Source of the DNA: Phaeosaccion multiseriatum
Lineage: Eukaryota; Protista; Ochrophyta, other classes
Reading direction: 5' to 3'
Length of the DNA stretch: 64,000 nt
Assembly (NCBI GenBank): GCA_965112735.1
Contig: OZ218950.1
Span: forward strand, 2,356,001 to 2,420,000
The notes under the pieces were generated by a model, which was given only the letters and a program-made list of their open reading frames with translations, was not told where the DNA came from and ran no database searches. A program made the translations under genes and the position numbers. Position 1 is the stretch's first letter. The number at the start of each line of letters is the position of its first letter. Positions 12,001-27,000 of this stretch are shown piece after piece.

Positions 12001-15000
12001 GGCCAGGAGCGCGCCCATCCTCCTTTGCCCAAGCCAACGAAAGCTCGTGCAAGTTCATCGCCCCCTGCACCTTCGGTCGGAAGACGTTCGTCACGCTCTC
12101 CACCGTTTGCTCTCCCAGGAGCTTATCATCCAGCACCCCGGCAGCATGCACCACACCGCGCACAGGGGGTAGCAGAGGCAGCACGCCCCCCAGGCAAGTC
12201 CGAAGTGCCTCAGCGTCAGCAACATCGCAAGTAGGAGTATGGATAGTCAGCTCCACATCGTTTCGAAGCTGCTGCCACTGCTGTCTCATGCTATTGGCGA
12301 CCTTCCTACTCCTTGACAACAGCACCAAGTGACGAGCGCCCCTCGACGCGAGGTGCTGGGCCGTCACGAGGCCGAGAGCCCCCAGACCGCCGCTGATGAC
12401 GTATGTGCCATCCGACACCACTGGCACACCATACGAGGGGTTGGTCAGCACCACCTTGCCGATGTGCTTCGCTTGGCTCATGTATACCATGGCCTTCTGA
12501 GTATCCTCCCTCATGTCAAAGGGTATGGTCGGCAAGGGCCTCACATTGCCAGACATGCAGTCTTTAGCAAGACGCTGCAGCCCGGCACTGATCCAGCCTG
12601 GCTCACCCGCCGAAAAGCCGACCTCGATAATGGCGTCCACAGCGACGAGGTTGTACCTCACATCGGGCCGGGCGGTGTGCATCTGCTCGTGACTCCATAC
12701 ACCTCTCTTCCCAATCTCCACGAATCTGCCTCCCTCTGTCAGCATGTCCAATGAGAAGGGAATGTAGTCTTCACTCAGTGAGTTGAGCACCACGTCCACC
12801 TTCATCTCACCCATGGACTGCTTGAATGCCTCTGCGTCTCTCGATGACGCAATGTGCTGCACTCCCAAGCTCCGGAGGAAGTCATGCTTCACAGCAGCAC
12901 CGGCAGTAGCGTACACGTCTGCGCCCACCCGCTGAGCATACTGCACGGCGGCAAGGCCCACACCGCCCGATGCGGCATGAATCAACACCTTCTCTCCAGC
13001 CTTAAGGTCGTGGAAGGCCTTCACTACCGTCAAGCACACCGTGGGAAGTGCAGCGGCCTGCTCGAAGCTCAGCCCGGCCGGCATCACGGCCAGACACACA
13101 TCACTCGTCGTCACATAACTGCGCAAACATCCTCCGTCCGCAAAACCAAACACTGCATCGCCGACACTGAAGCGCGAGCTTCCTCCCACACTGATCACCT
13201 GCCCGGCGAACTCGGAGCAAGGATCTCCAGGGTCGCCAGGGTACATGTCAAGCACATTCAGCACGTCTCGGAAGTTAAGGCCAACTGCCCTCACTGCCAC
13301 CTCTACGGAGCTGCCAGCTGGGTCAAGGGGCTGATGTTTGCCATGGTTCACATCATCGCGAAGGGCGAAAGCGTCGGCAATGCTGCCTCTTGCCTTTAAA
13401 TCAAGTGAGAAGGGAAGCTGCATGGGCTGACGTACAAGCTGAGGAGCCCAGCACTGTCCGTCGCGTACCCACACATCTTCTATGGCAGTAGGGAAGGCCA
13501 AGCCTAAGGCAAGCTCGCTGTCTTGGTCCTTCTTGCCGCTGAGGTCCACCACGCCAATCTGCAGGGAGGGGTGCTCCACTCTCGCAGTCCGCACCAGCCC
13601 AGTCACCCAGCTGTCACGCCAGTCCTCGCCGCTTTGGACGCCCCTCGTCAAGACCGTCAGCGGCACAGTCGACGTAGTGGACATGCTCCTGAGTAGCGAT
13701 AGCAGAGCGTAGACCGCTCGTGCTTGCGGGCTTCCTTCTGCTTCTTCTTCGCCAGCTCCGGGTACCAGCACGTACAACACGCGAGCCCACTCGTCCTGTC
13801 CAAGAAGAAGGGCACCATCGTCCCAGGAGGCGTCCACCCCCCCATATCGAGTGTGTATGTGCACGTTCTCCGGAACACAGTGCCGCACTGCAGCAATGAT
13901 TGAAATCTCTTCCTCCCTCTCGTCCTGTGGAATAACCACGAGCCACTTCTCAGCAGGGTCAGTATCACTACCAGGGGCCTCCTCCTGTGTAGACGACTCA
14001 GTGGTCTGCCATTTAAGCGTGTACATCACCCGACGAAGCGGATTGGGGCGCGCAAAGCCTCTCGCCCGCTGAGCCCGGAACCCACGCATCTCCAAAAGAA
14101 TCTGCTTGCTATCAAAGTCGGCAATCTTGATGTCAAACTTGATGCAGTTGCCCCCGGGCTCTACTTCACCGAGCGTCGTGTGCACCCAAACCGTCTCTCC
14201 CGTTATGGGGGCAGAAACGATCACCTCGTCAAAGCCAACAGGCAGGAATGGAGCTCCATCCCTCCCTCTCAGCAACTGGCGTGGGATTGCGTGCAAAAGT
14301 GAGTGAGTCGCATTGTCGAGCACCGCAGGGTGCAGAGCAAAGCCCGTCGCCTCCCAAGGCTCGCACAGGTCCGAGTCGAGAGCACGCACGACCGATAGCA
14401 CCTCTCCGTCATTGGCGAACATCTGTAAATTCCGCTCAAAGCGAGGGCCATAGTTGAAGTTGGCATCCGCCATGGCCTTGTACAGGCCATGGGCCAAGTC
14501 CAGAGTCCCTACCCGCCCCTTGATTCCCTCTATATCCAGCATTTCACGCGGCTCGGTTCGCTCCATGACAGACACGTGTTCCATCCTCGCGGTCGCTCCC
14601 TTGTCACCCTCAACGCCTCCGAAAAACTGCATGCTTCCATCGCTCGCGTGTAGAGCACTCAAGCCGTCACAGACAATAGTATTGCGGCTCTGCGCTTGGT
14701 CCGTGCCCGTGTGCTGGAAACCCTCAATCTCCAATGGAGCCACAAAGTTGGCTCCTTGCAGGACGACTTGCTGCTCCGCCCCGAGCCGTCTTCCTCCTAG
14801 AGCAGTGACAACACCCACTTCAATGTACGTCACCCCTGGAATGATCACTACGTTGTTGACTGCGTGGTCCTTGAGAAGGTCCTTGATGTGAGGCGAGAAG
14901 GGGCAAGAGAGCCGCATTCCGTCTCCCTCTTGGACCACCTCGCCGCTGGGCATGAATGCCAGTGGAGGCCTGAACCAACGAAACGCTTGGCGTGTGCGGT

Positions 15001-18000
15001 ACAATGCGCCACGCTCTGACTCGCTGTCCTTCTGAAGAGCATCGTTGAGACTGACGCCCTCTCTGTCGGCATGCGCGGCCGTACTCCCAGCTCTGGGACC
15101 GGATAGCACGGCGTGAGCATTGGTTCCGCCGGCACCGAAAGAGCTCACGGCAGCAACGAGCGCTCCTGTCCACCCGCCTTGACCCACGGGCTCCATGGTC
15201 ACAGGTAACGTCATAGGGACGCCCGCGAGCTCCAGCTCGGGGTTGATGTCCTTCAAATGCAGGTTCGGAGGGGCGACGCGGTGCTGCAGCACCAGTACGG
15301 TCTTGATGAGGCCTGCAATACCTGCTGCACCCTCCAGATGGCCGATATTGGCCTTTAGCGCACCTACCACCAAGGAATTTGCCTCGCTGCGGTCCGGTCC
15401 GCAGTACACTGCCTTAAGGGCGCTCATCTCGATGGGGTCTCCCAGCGCCGTTCCCGTGCCGTGCGCCTCCACGAAGCTCACCTCTGCGGGGTCCCTTCCC
15501 GCCTCTGCCAGAGCGGCAGACAGGAGCTGCTGCTGAGCAAGAGGACTGGGTGCCGTCAGACGAGCGCTGGCCCCATTGTGGTTGGCAGCACAGCCCTCGA
15601 TCACCGCTAGCACAGTGTCCCCGCTGGCCACAGCATCATCAAAGCGCTTCAGCACAATGGCACCACATCCTTCGCCTCTGACGTAACCATTTGCCGATGC
15701 GTCAAACGTCTTGCAGCGCCTGTCAGAAAGGTAGGTGAGGTGTGAGTGGGGTGCAACGGGAAGGTTTTGTTTAACTGTAGAGAAGACGCCCAAGAATGAG
15801 CTGCATGAGCAGCAATAGGATAAATGAATCAGAGTACGCTAGCGGCCAGTGCAACTTACCAGTCGGGGGAGAGGAAGGTCCCCGCAATCAAGGACTGAAA
15901 GGTGCTCTTCCCGAGCAGTAGGTTCACGCCACCGACCACCGCCGAGTCGCACTTGCCCAGGCGGAGGTTGCTGCAAGCAACGTCCAAAGCCACCAGGGAC
16001 GACGAGCATGCTGTCTGCAGCAACGCGCTGGGGCCGCAGAGACCCAGAGTGTAGGATACGCGATTGGCAATGTTCGAAGCCGTCAGGCCCATTCCACCGA
16101 AGGCGCTCTGAGCAGCGGCATCTCCTGCCACGAAGCCCCAGTCCGTGTCCGACAAGCCCACGAACACGCCGGTGTTGCTGCCCCGCAGGCTGCTCTTGCG
16201 GTGGCCCGCGCGATGGAGGGCCTCACAGGCCACCTCCAGCATGAGGCGTTGATTGGGGTCCATTACCTCTGCCTCGGCAGCACTGATACCAAAGAATGCA
16301 TTGTCGAACATCTCCACGCCCTCGATGAACCCTCCCTGTAGCTGCAGCTCGCCCGTCTTACTCTCCCACCTGTCGGGTGGCGCTGCCATAATGCAGTCTC
16401 TGCCCTCGCACATCATCGACCAGAACTGCTCCGGGCTATTGGCTCCACCGGGGAGGCGACACGCCATACTCACCACAGCGATGGGGGCTCGAGAGCTCGA
16501 GGACAAGTGCTGTCTTGTCAGCACCTCTTTACCCCCCTCTACATCATCCCGCACCTCAAGAATCTGGGCCTCGAGCCACGCGGCCATTGCAGACACTGAT
16601 GGATACGAGAAGAAGGCGCCATTCGAAACGGTGACACCACACCAGGCCTCGATTCGCTTGCGAAACTCTACGGACGCCATCGAATCGAGTCCGGCTTCCA
16701 TCAAGGGCATCGTTGCTGCCAAGGTGAAGTCCTCGCCAACGCACTCCACCACCATGTCCGTCAGGACTTGCTCGATCCTCTCCCGCCGTGCTGACTCCGG
16801 TAAGAGCAGGAGCTCCTCCTGCACCTCGGCGTTGATGCTGTAGCCCTTTGACGCCTCACCATTTTCTCCGCGGTCTGTCAATTGCCCGAGGAAATCGCTG
16901 TGCACAGGGGACAAGCTCGCTCGAAATTTGCCCCACCTCATGGCCGGCATGATGGCCACCTCCTGCACGTTGGCTTGCATTTGACTTGCAAGGACGGCAT
17001 CCAGAGCCTTCATACCCAGCGCCGATGAGATTAGGCCCACTCCGGCCATCTCCGCAGCTTTGGACACCATTTCAAGCCGCACCGCCATACCCACGTCGCC
17101 CCATGGGCCCCACTGAATGTTGGAACCAGGAAGGCCAAGCTGGCGTCGGCGGTACCGCATCAGCCCGTCCAAAGCAGCATTGGCCCCGGCATAGGCGCTC
17201 TGATTGGACAAGCCAAGCAAAGCGGAGGTCGATGAGTACGAGACGAAGAAGTCGATCTCGTCCCTGCCGCTCGCCACCCACTCAAGGCACAGCGCGTGGA
17301 GATTCCAACCCCCCTGGATCTTGGCGGCAAAGACATTTCGCACGTTCTCTTCCGTCTCGCCCGACAACATTCCCTTTTCGCCCGTCACACCCGCTGCGTG
17401 AATCACACCCCGAACATGAGGCAGCCCCATCAAGGCCGTTGCTACAGCCTCTCGAAGCTGGCCCATATATGACACATCGCAGGCCACGGCCACAGCGGTG
17501 ACACTCTCCATGCTCTGCAGGGCCTGCCACAGCTCTGAAACTTCTTCCGCCGCCTGGCCGCTTCGAGATAGGAGGAGCAGGTACCGAGCACCCTGGGAGA
17601 CCAAGTGATTCGCCGTCGCCAGACCCAGCCCCCCCAGGCCACCGCTGATCAGGTAGGTCCCATCCTCCCTGTACGCGAAGCGATCGACTCCTGCCGATGT
17701 CAGATGGAGTGTGCTGGGCACCAGCCTCGGAGCGAGGATCTTACACCCTCGAACCAGCAGGTCCACGCCTCGCGCTCCGTCGTGAGCTTCTGCAGCCAGC
17801 GTCACAGCCTGGGAGACAGTTTGGGCTTTCATCTCCTCTACTCTAGGTTGAGCACCCTCAGACTGTGGAGACATGGCACACTCAAGGTCCACGTGGTTCA
17901 CGGAGAGGTCGCCCCTCTCCAGGCGTATGCTTCTCACCAGTCCCACTGCCCAGCTATCCTGCCAACCAGCACCGCTGTACACACCCGTTGTCACCACGGT

Positions 18001-21000
18001 GATCGGCATCACTGCCTCGTCCCCGCCTAAGCTCTGTACAGTTTGCACAAAATGCATTGCGCCATCGGTAGGAGAGCACGTCCCTGACGCCAAGTAGAAG
18101 AGATGGGCCCCACGTGGCTGGGCGTTGGAACCGACTGCCTCCACCATGTGCACCTCTACGCCACTTGCTGTCGCCGCGCTTCCGATAGCTTCCAACGCTC
18201 TGTGGTTGCTCCATGCGTCCTGTTCTTCGGCTGCCTGGGGAATCACGACGAGCCACGGAAGGCTGCCGGTCAGCAAAGCCTGCTGCGAAGCCGTGGGCAC
18301 CTCCACCGCCTCCCACTCAACAACATAAAGCGGGCCCTGCTCCTCTTCACTCCACGTCTGAGGCGCTGCTGTGACTCGCGCTGTGCACCAAGGAAAGGCT
18401 TTGCGCGTTGGGAACAGGATGTGCTCCTTACACTTTCGCTGCTGTACTGTGCTCAGAGCCGCTCCAAACGAATCCTCAGAGCTCTTCCCGCGCGTGAGAG
18501 AGGAGATCCACGCCAGACCCTCGCGACGCTCGCACTTGGCTCCCATGCTGCTCAGCACAGGGTTGGGGCCCAACTCAACGACGCTCAGGTCAGCCCCCCT
18601 CCCGTCTCCCATCCAGTGCTCTACCAGCGTGTGGATGCCTTCTGCGAACAGCACCGGCGACAGCATGTGTTGCACCCAATACGTCGCCTGCGTCACCTCC
18701 TCCTCTCTCACCACCTCACCCGTCACGTTGGACACCAGGGGAAGGCGTGGGGTGCTGAATGACACCTGCCTCAGAACCTCCTCCAGCGCATGTACAGCGG
18801 GCTGCATCAGGGGCGAGTGGAAGGCGTGCGACACCTCCAGGGCCTTGCAGCCCACCCCATCTGCCGTGAGCTTCTCCACCACCTTGTCCACAGCGCTGCG
18901 CGCTCCAGAGATCACGCTCGCGCTCGGTCCGTTTGAAGACGCCAGCACCACCTCCGCGGCCCCCCCTGCAGCGTCGATGCTTGCCAAAGTCGCCTCCTTG
19001 CCTGCCCTCACTGCGAACATCACTCCCTTGCCCTCGGGGCAGGCCTGCATGGCGGCTCCTCTCTTGGCGGACAGCATCAGCCCGTCCTCCAGCGACATGA
19101 CGCCGGCCACGCACGCCGCCACTACCTCGCCCAGGCTGTGGCCCATCACCATGGAAGGCTCCACGCCCTCCGACTTCCACAGCTCACACAGGGCGTACTC
19201 CAGCACAAACAGGCACGGCTGGCAGTAACGCGTCTCCTTCAGCAGCGCTTGTGCACTTTCCTCTCCCTCAGCTGTAGGGTACATGAGCTCCACCACAGAC
19301 TTGTCCAGCCAGGCCCGCTCCATGAGCAGCCTACTGCACTGCTGCACGCACTCGCGGAACACGCCCTCCTTCTCGTACAGCTCCCTGCCCATGCCCACGT
19401 ACTGCGAGCCCTGTCCGGTGAACAGAAACGTCACCGGTGAACTCTTCTTGCCTCGCTGTCCATCCAGCTGCAGCAAGGCTTCGCTCTCGCTCTCCTCTAC
19501 CATCGTCGATCTGAAACTGCTGAGCACCGCATGGACGTTGGCTCCTCCCGCGCCGAAGGAGCTGACAGCAGCAGTGCGCCTCTCCCCGTCCCTGGCACTT
19601 AGTGGCACCATCGTAGACGGCAAATTCACCGGAAAGCCATCCAAACGAAGCTCCGGATTGAGCTTCCTCATGTGGAGATTGGGGGGAGCAGATCCGTGCT
19701 GAAGGACCAGCAGAGCTTTGATGAGGCCAGCGATTCCGGACGCACCCTCTAGATGCCCGATATTGGTCTTCACCGCCCCAACCACCAGGGGCCGGGCTTC
19801 CTCGCGGCCGTGGCCATACACGGCTCTCAAAGCACTCATCTCGATGGGGTCGCCGAGAGAAGTCCCGGTGCCGTGCGCCTCCACGTAATCAACCTCCAGA
19901 CCGCTCACGCCGGCCTCCGCCAGTGTCTGCTCCATGAGACGCTGCTGAGCAGATGGGCTCGGGGCAGTGTAGCGCAAACTTCTCCCGTTGTGGTTCGCAG
20001 CGCAGCCATTGACGACAGCGAGGATGTGGTCGCCATCGGCCTGTGCATCGTCCAGTCGCTTCAGTACCACGGCGCCGCAGCCCTCACCTCGAACATAACC
20101 GTTGGCCGCAGCGTCGAACGTCTTGCAGCGCCTGACCATGAGGAATTGAGGGTTTGCAAAAGTGAAGAACAGACAAGAGGTAATCCATCAGGAACAGGGG
20201 CCTTTCAGATAGCTTGGGCCTTTTGATATGGCTCTCGTAGCGGCCCTAAGAACAAGCTCCGCCCACACAAAAGAGACACGCACTTACCAGTCAAGACTCA
20301 GGAAACCTCCTTCGGCGAGGGTCTCGAACGTCTGTGTACCCAGCAGCAAGTTGACGCCTCCCACCAAGGCGATGTCACACTTGCCCAGTCGTAAGCTGCT
20401 GCAGGCCCCCTCCAGTGCCACCAAAGACGACGAGCACGCCGTGTCGACACTCATGCTCGGCCCTCCGAGGCCCAGCACGTAAGACATCCGATTTGCCGGA
20501 CTCGCATTGGACATGCCCATGACGGAGTACGCACCCTTGTTCGCATCGTCTACCACTGAGCCCCACTCGCTGCCGGACATACCCACGAACACACCGGTGT
20601 TGCTGCCATGTAGTGTATCCTTGCGGTATCCCGCCCTGTGCAGAGCCTCGTACCCCACCTCCAGCATGACGCGCTGATGAGGGTCCATGGCACCCGCTTC
20701 GGCCACAGAGATGCCGAAGAAGGTGTTGTCAAAAGCCTCCACTCCATCAATGAAGCCCCCTTGCCACTGCTTCTGACCCTCATCGGCCCAGCGACCAACA
20801 GGGCTGGCTCCAATACAGTCTGTCCCTGCACAGAGCATAGCCCAGAAGTCCTCGGGGCTCTTCACCCCTCCAGGGAAGCGACAGGCGATCCCGACGACGG
20901 CCAGCGGCGCCCTTGAGTCAGCGCGGTGCGCTTCAGCCGCGATCGCCGCAGAGCGACTGCTAGAGGGTTCCTCTACCTCGCCAAGCACCTCCGCTTCGAT

Positions 21001-24000
21001 CCACACTGCCAGCGCCGCTACCGTGGGATACGCGAAGAGCACGTCAGTGGTCACTACAACCCCGAAGCGAGCCTGTAGCCGGCCGCGCAGCTCCACTGTT
21101 GACAAAGAGTCAAGGCCTGCTTCCATCAAAGGCGTGTTCGCGTCCAGCTCGTCGGCACCCTCCCCAATCAGCTCCTTGGCGATATCCATCACCGCCAATC
21201 GCACTGATTGCTGTCGCTCGCCAGGGGGCAGTCTCAAGAGCGCCTCGCGCACTTCATTGTTGAGTGCGGTGTTGCTCGACGCGCCTGCTGCTGTTGAGAC
21301 AAGCCCTGACAGCAGGAACGAGCCGCGGGACGCACCCAAGCTGTCTGCAAACTTGCCCCAGTCCATGCCAGGCAGAACGGCATAATCGCCCAAATGCGCT
21401 GACGACATCGCAGCGGCATCTAAAGCAGCCATGCCCAGCTCAGCTGACACCGTGCCCACACCGGCCAGCTCCAACTGTTTTTGAACGATATCGAGCTGGG
21501 CGGCCATGCCCACGTCAGCCCACGGCCCCCACTGCAATGACGTCCCTGCGAGCCCGAGGTGTCGCCTGTGCCGCATCAGCCCGTCCACAGCCGCATTCGC
21601 TGCAGCGTAGTTGGCCTGTCCAGCGTTACCCAGTACTCCGGCCATGGATGTGAAGCAAAAGAAGAAGTCAAGGCCAGGAGCGCGCCCATCCTCCTTCGCC
21701 CAAGCCAACGAAAGCTCGTGCAAGTTCATCGCCCCCTGCACCTTCGGTCGGAAGACGTTCGTCACGCTCTCCACCGTTTGCTCTCCCAGCAGCATATCAT
21801 CCAGCACCCCGGCAGCATGCACCACACCGCGTACAGGGGGTAGCAGAGGCAGCACGCCCCCCAGGCATGTCCCAAGTGCCTCAGCATCAGCAACATCACA
21901 AGTAGGAGTATGGGTGGTCAGCTCCACCTTATTCTGAAGCTGCTGCCACTGTTCTGTCATGCTTTCGGCGACCTTCCCACTCCTCGACAGCAGCACAAGG
22001 TGACGAGCGCCCCTCGACGCGAGGTGCTGGGCCGTCACGAGGCCGAGAGCCCCCAGACCGCCGCTGATGACGTACGTGCCATCCGACACCACTGGCACAC
22101 CGTACGAGGGGTTGGTCAGCACCACCTTGCCGATGTGCTTCGCTTGGCTCATGTATAGCATGGCCTTCTGAGTATCCTCCCTCATGTCAAAGGGTATGGT
22201 CGGTAACGGCTTCACATTGCCAGACATGCACTCTTTAGCCAGATGCTGCAGCTCGTCGCTTATCCAGCCCGGCTCACCCGCCGAAAAGTCGAAGTCGATA
22301 ATGGCGTCCACGGCGACGAGGTTGTACCTCACATCGGACCGGGCGGTGTGCATCTGCTCGTGACTCCATACACCTCTCTTCCCAATCTCCACGAATCTGC
22401 CTCCCTCTGTCAGCATGTCCAATGAGAAGGGAATGTATTCCTCGCTCAGTGAGTTGAGCACCACATCCACCTTCATCTCCCCCATGGACTGCTTGAATGC
22501 CTCTGCGTCTCTTGAAGACGCAATGTGCTGCACTCCCAAGCTCCGGAGGAAGTCATGCTTCACAGCAGCACCGGCAGTAGCGTACACGTCTGCGCCCACC
22601 CGCTGAGCATACTGCACGGCGGCAAGGCCCACACCACCCGACGCGGCGTGAATCAACACCTTCTCTCCAGCCTTAAGGTCGTGGAAGGCCTTCGCTACCG
22701 TCAAGCACACGGTGGGAAGTGCAGCGGCCTGCTCGAAGCTCAGCACGGCCGGCATCACGGCCAGACACACATCACTCGTCGTCACATGACTGCGCAAACA
22801 TCCCGCATCGCCAAAGCCAAACACTGCATCGCCGACACTGAAGCGCGAGCTTCCTCCCACACTGATCACCTCTCCGGCGAACTCGGAGCAAGGATCTCCA
22901 GGGTCGCCAGGGTACATGTCCAGCACATTCAGCACGTCCCGGAAATTAAGCCCAACAGCCCTTACTGCCACCTCTACGGAGCTGCCAGCTGGGTCAAGGG
23001 ACTGATGTTTGCCATGGTTCACATCATCACGAAGGGCGAAAGCGTCGGCAATGCTGCCTCTTGCCTTCAAATCAAGCGCGAAGGGAAGCTGGAGGGACTG
23101 ACGTATTAGCTGAGGAGCCCAGCACTGTCCGTCGCGTACCCATACATCTTCTGTGGCAGGCGGGAAGGCCAAGCCTAAGGCAACCTCGCTGTCTTGGTCC
23201 TTCTTGCCGCTGAGGTCCACCACACCAATCTGCAGGGAGGGGTGCTCCACTCTCGCAGTCCGCACCAGCCCAGTCACCCAGCTGTCACGCCAGTCCTCGC
23301 CGCTTTGGACTCCTCTGGTCAAAACTGTCAGCGGTACCCTTGATGCAGTACACAGGCTCCTGAGTAGGGCCATCAGGGCGTAGGCCGCTCGTGTTTGCGT
23401 GCTTCCTTCTGCGTCTTCTTCGCCAGCTCCGGGTACCAGCACGTACAATACGCGAGCCCACTCGTCCTGTCCAAGAAAAAGAGTACCATCATCCCAGGAG
23501 GCGTCCTTCCGCCCATATCGAGTGTGTACGTCCACGTTCTCCGGAACACAGCGCCGCACTGCAGCAATGATTGAAATCTCTTCCTCCCTTTCGTCCTGTG
23601 GAATAACCACGAGCCACTTTTGATGCGCCGCCGCCTCAGCAGGGTCAGTATCACTACCAGGGGCCTCCTCTTGTGTAGACGACTCAGCGGTCTGCCATTC
23701 AAGCGTGTACATCGCCCGACGAAGCGGATTGGGGCGCGCAAAGCCTCTCGCCCGCTGCACGCGGAAGCCCCGCATCTCCACGAGCACCTCTTTGCTGTCG
23801 AAGTCTGCAATGCGGATGTCAAACTTGACGCTGTCCACCACTGACTGGCCCTCACTCAGCTTCGTGTGCACCCACACGTTCTTTCCCGCCATGGAGGCGG
23901 AAACAACCACTTCGTCAAAGCCTGCAGGTAGGAATGGAGATTCCCCCCCCTCCTTGAGCAGCTTCCTTGGCAGCGCTTGCATGATGGTATGGGTAGCATT

Positions 24001-27000
24001 GTCCAGCACTGCGGGGTGCAGAGCAAAGCCCTTCATCTCCCACGGCTCGCACAGCTCCTCATCCATGGCACACACGATCGACAGAACCTCTCCGTCCCCT
24101 CCGTACATGTGGCGGGTCCGCTGAAAGCGGGGGCCGCACTGGAAGCCGGCGTCTGCGAAAGACTTGTAGATCTCACTCGATACGTCCTGCTCGCCAACTC
24201 TAGCTCGAATGGATTCCACGTGCAAAGAAGCTCGCGCCGTGCTACGCTCCATGACAGACACGTACTTCATTCTTGCCGTGGTGCCCTTGTCGCCCGTGGC
24301 ACCTCCGAAGAACTGCATGCTTCCATCTGCCGCGTGAAGGGCACTCATCCCGGCACAGACCATTGTATAGCGGCTTAGAGCTTGGTCCATGCCCGCCTGT
24401 TGGAAACCCTCAATCTCCAGTGGGACCACAAGGCTGGCTCCGTGCAGGACTACCTGCTGCTCCACTCCGAGCTGTCTGCCTCCTAGAGCAGCCACGACGC
24501 CCACTTCAATGTACGTCACCCCCGGAATGATCACCATATTGTTGACGGCATGGTCCTTGAGAAGGTCCTTGAGATGAGGGGAGAAGGGGCTGGGGAGCCT
24601 CATTCCGTCTCTCTCCTGGACCATCTCACCACTGGGCATAAAAGCCAGCGGAGGCTTGTACCAAGGAAATGATCGGCGAGTCGGATAAAGCTCAAGATGC
24701 TCCGGCCCCGCTATACTGCCCAGGGCTGCTCCAAACGAATCCTTGGAGTTCTGCCTTCGCGAGAGGGAGGAGATCCACGCCAGCCCCTCGCGACGCTCGC
24801 ACTTGGCTCCCATGCTGCTCAGCACAGTGTTGGGGCCCACCTCAACGATGCTCAAATCAGCCCCCCTCCCGTCTCCCATCCAGTGCTCCACCAGCGTGTG
24901 GATGCCTTCTGCGAACAGCACCGGCGACAGCATGTGCTGCACCCAATACGTCGCCTGCGTCACCTCCTCCCCTCTCACCACCTCACCCGTCACGTTGGAC
25001 ACCAGGGGAATGCGTGGGGCACTGAATGACACCTGCCTCAGAGCCTCCTCCAGCGCACGTACAGCGGGCTCCATCAGAGGAGAGTGGAAGGCGTGCGACA
25101 CCTCCAGGGCCTTGCAGCCCACCCCATCTGCCGTGAGCTTCTCCACCACCTTGTCCACAGCGCTGCGCGCTCCAGAGATCACGCTCGCGCTCGGTCCATT
25201 CGATGACGCCAGCACCACCTTCCCTGCCCCCCCCGCAGCGTCGATACTTGCCAAAGTCGCCTCCTTGCCTGCCCTCACTGCGAACATCACTCCCTCGCCC
25301 TCGGGGCAGGCCTGCATGGCGGCTCCTCTCTTGGCGGACAGCATCAGCCCGTCCTCCAGCGACATGACGCCGGCCACGCACGCCGCCACTACCTCGCCCA
25401 GGCTGTGGCCCATCACCATGGAAGGCTCCACGCCCTCCGACTTCCACAGCTCACACAGGGCGTACTCCAGCACAAACAGGCACGGCTGGCAGTAGCGTGT
25501 CTCCTTCAGCAGCGCTTGTGCAGTTTCCTCTCCCTCAGCAGTAGGGTACATGAGCTCCACCACAGACTTGTCCAGCCAGGCCCGCTCCATGAGCAGCCTG
25601 CTGCACTGCTGCACGCATTCCCGAAACACGCCCTCCTTCTCGTACAGCTCCCTGCCCATGCCCACGTACTGCGAGCCCTGTCCGGTGAACAAAAACGTCA
25701 CCGGCGAACTCTTCTTGCCTCGCTGTCCATCCAGCCGCAGCAAGGCTTCGCTCTCGCTCTCCTCTACCATCGTCGATCTGAAACTGCTGAGCACCGCATG
25801 GACATTGGCTCCTCCCGCGCCGAAGGAGCTGACAGCAGCAGTGCGCCTCTCCCCGTCCCTGGCACTCAGTGGCACCATCGTAGACGGCAAATTCACCGGA
25901 AAGCCATCCAAACGAAGCTCCGGATTGAGCTTCCTCATGTGGAGATTGGGGGGAGCAGATCCGTGCTGAAGGACCAGCAGAGCTTTGATGAGGCCAGCGA
26001 TTCCGGACGCACCCTCTAGATGCCCGATATTGGTCTTCACCGCCCCAACCACCAGGGGCCGGGCTTCCTCGCGGCCGTGGCCATACACGGCCCTCAAAGC
26101 ACTCATCTCGATGGGGTCGCCGAGAGAAGTCCCGGTGCCGTGCGCCTCCACGTAATCAACCTCCAGACCGCTCAAGCCGGCCTCCGCCAGTGCCTGCTCC
26201 ATGAGACGCTGCTGAGCAGATGGGCTCGGGGCAGTGTAGCGCAAACTTCTCCCGTTGTGGTTCGCAGCGCAGCCATTGACGACTGCGAGGATGTGGTCGC
26301 CATTGGCCTGTGCATCGTCCAGTCGCTTCAGTACCACGGCGCCGCAACCCTCACCTCGAACATAACCGTTGGCCGCAGCGTCGAACGCCTTGCAGCGCCT
26401 GACCATGAGGAATTGTGGGTTTGCAAAAGTGAAGAACAGACAAGAGGTAAGTATTAGGGGCCTTTCAGACAGCTTAGGCCTTTTGATCTTGCTCTCATAC
26501 CGGCCCTAAGAACAAGCTCCGCCCACACAAAAGAGACACGCACTTACCAGTCAAGACTCAGGAAACCTCCTTCGGCGAGGGTCTCGAACGCCTGTGTGCC
26601 CAGCAGCAAGTTGACGCCTCCCACCAAGGCGATGTCACACTTGCCCAGTCGTAAGCTGCTGCAGGCCCCCTCCAGTGCCACCAAAGACGACGAGCACGCC
26701 GTGTCGACACTCATGCTCGGCCCTCCGAGGCCCAGCACGTAAGACATCCGATTTGCCGGACTCGCATTGGACATGCCCATGACGGAGTACGCACCCTTGT
26801 TCGCATCGTCTACCACTGAGCCCCACTCGCTGCCGGACATACCCACGAACACACCGGTGTTGCTGCCATGTAGTGTATCCTTGCGGTATCCCGCCCTGTG
26901 CAGAGCCTCGTACCCCACCTCCAGCATGACGCGCTGATGAGGGTCCATGGCACCCGCTTCGGCCACAGAGATGCCGAAGAAGGTGTTGTCAAAAGCCTCC

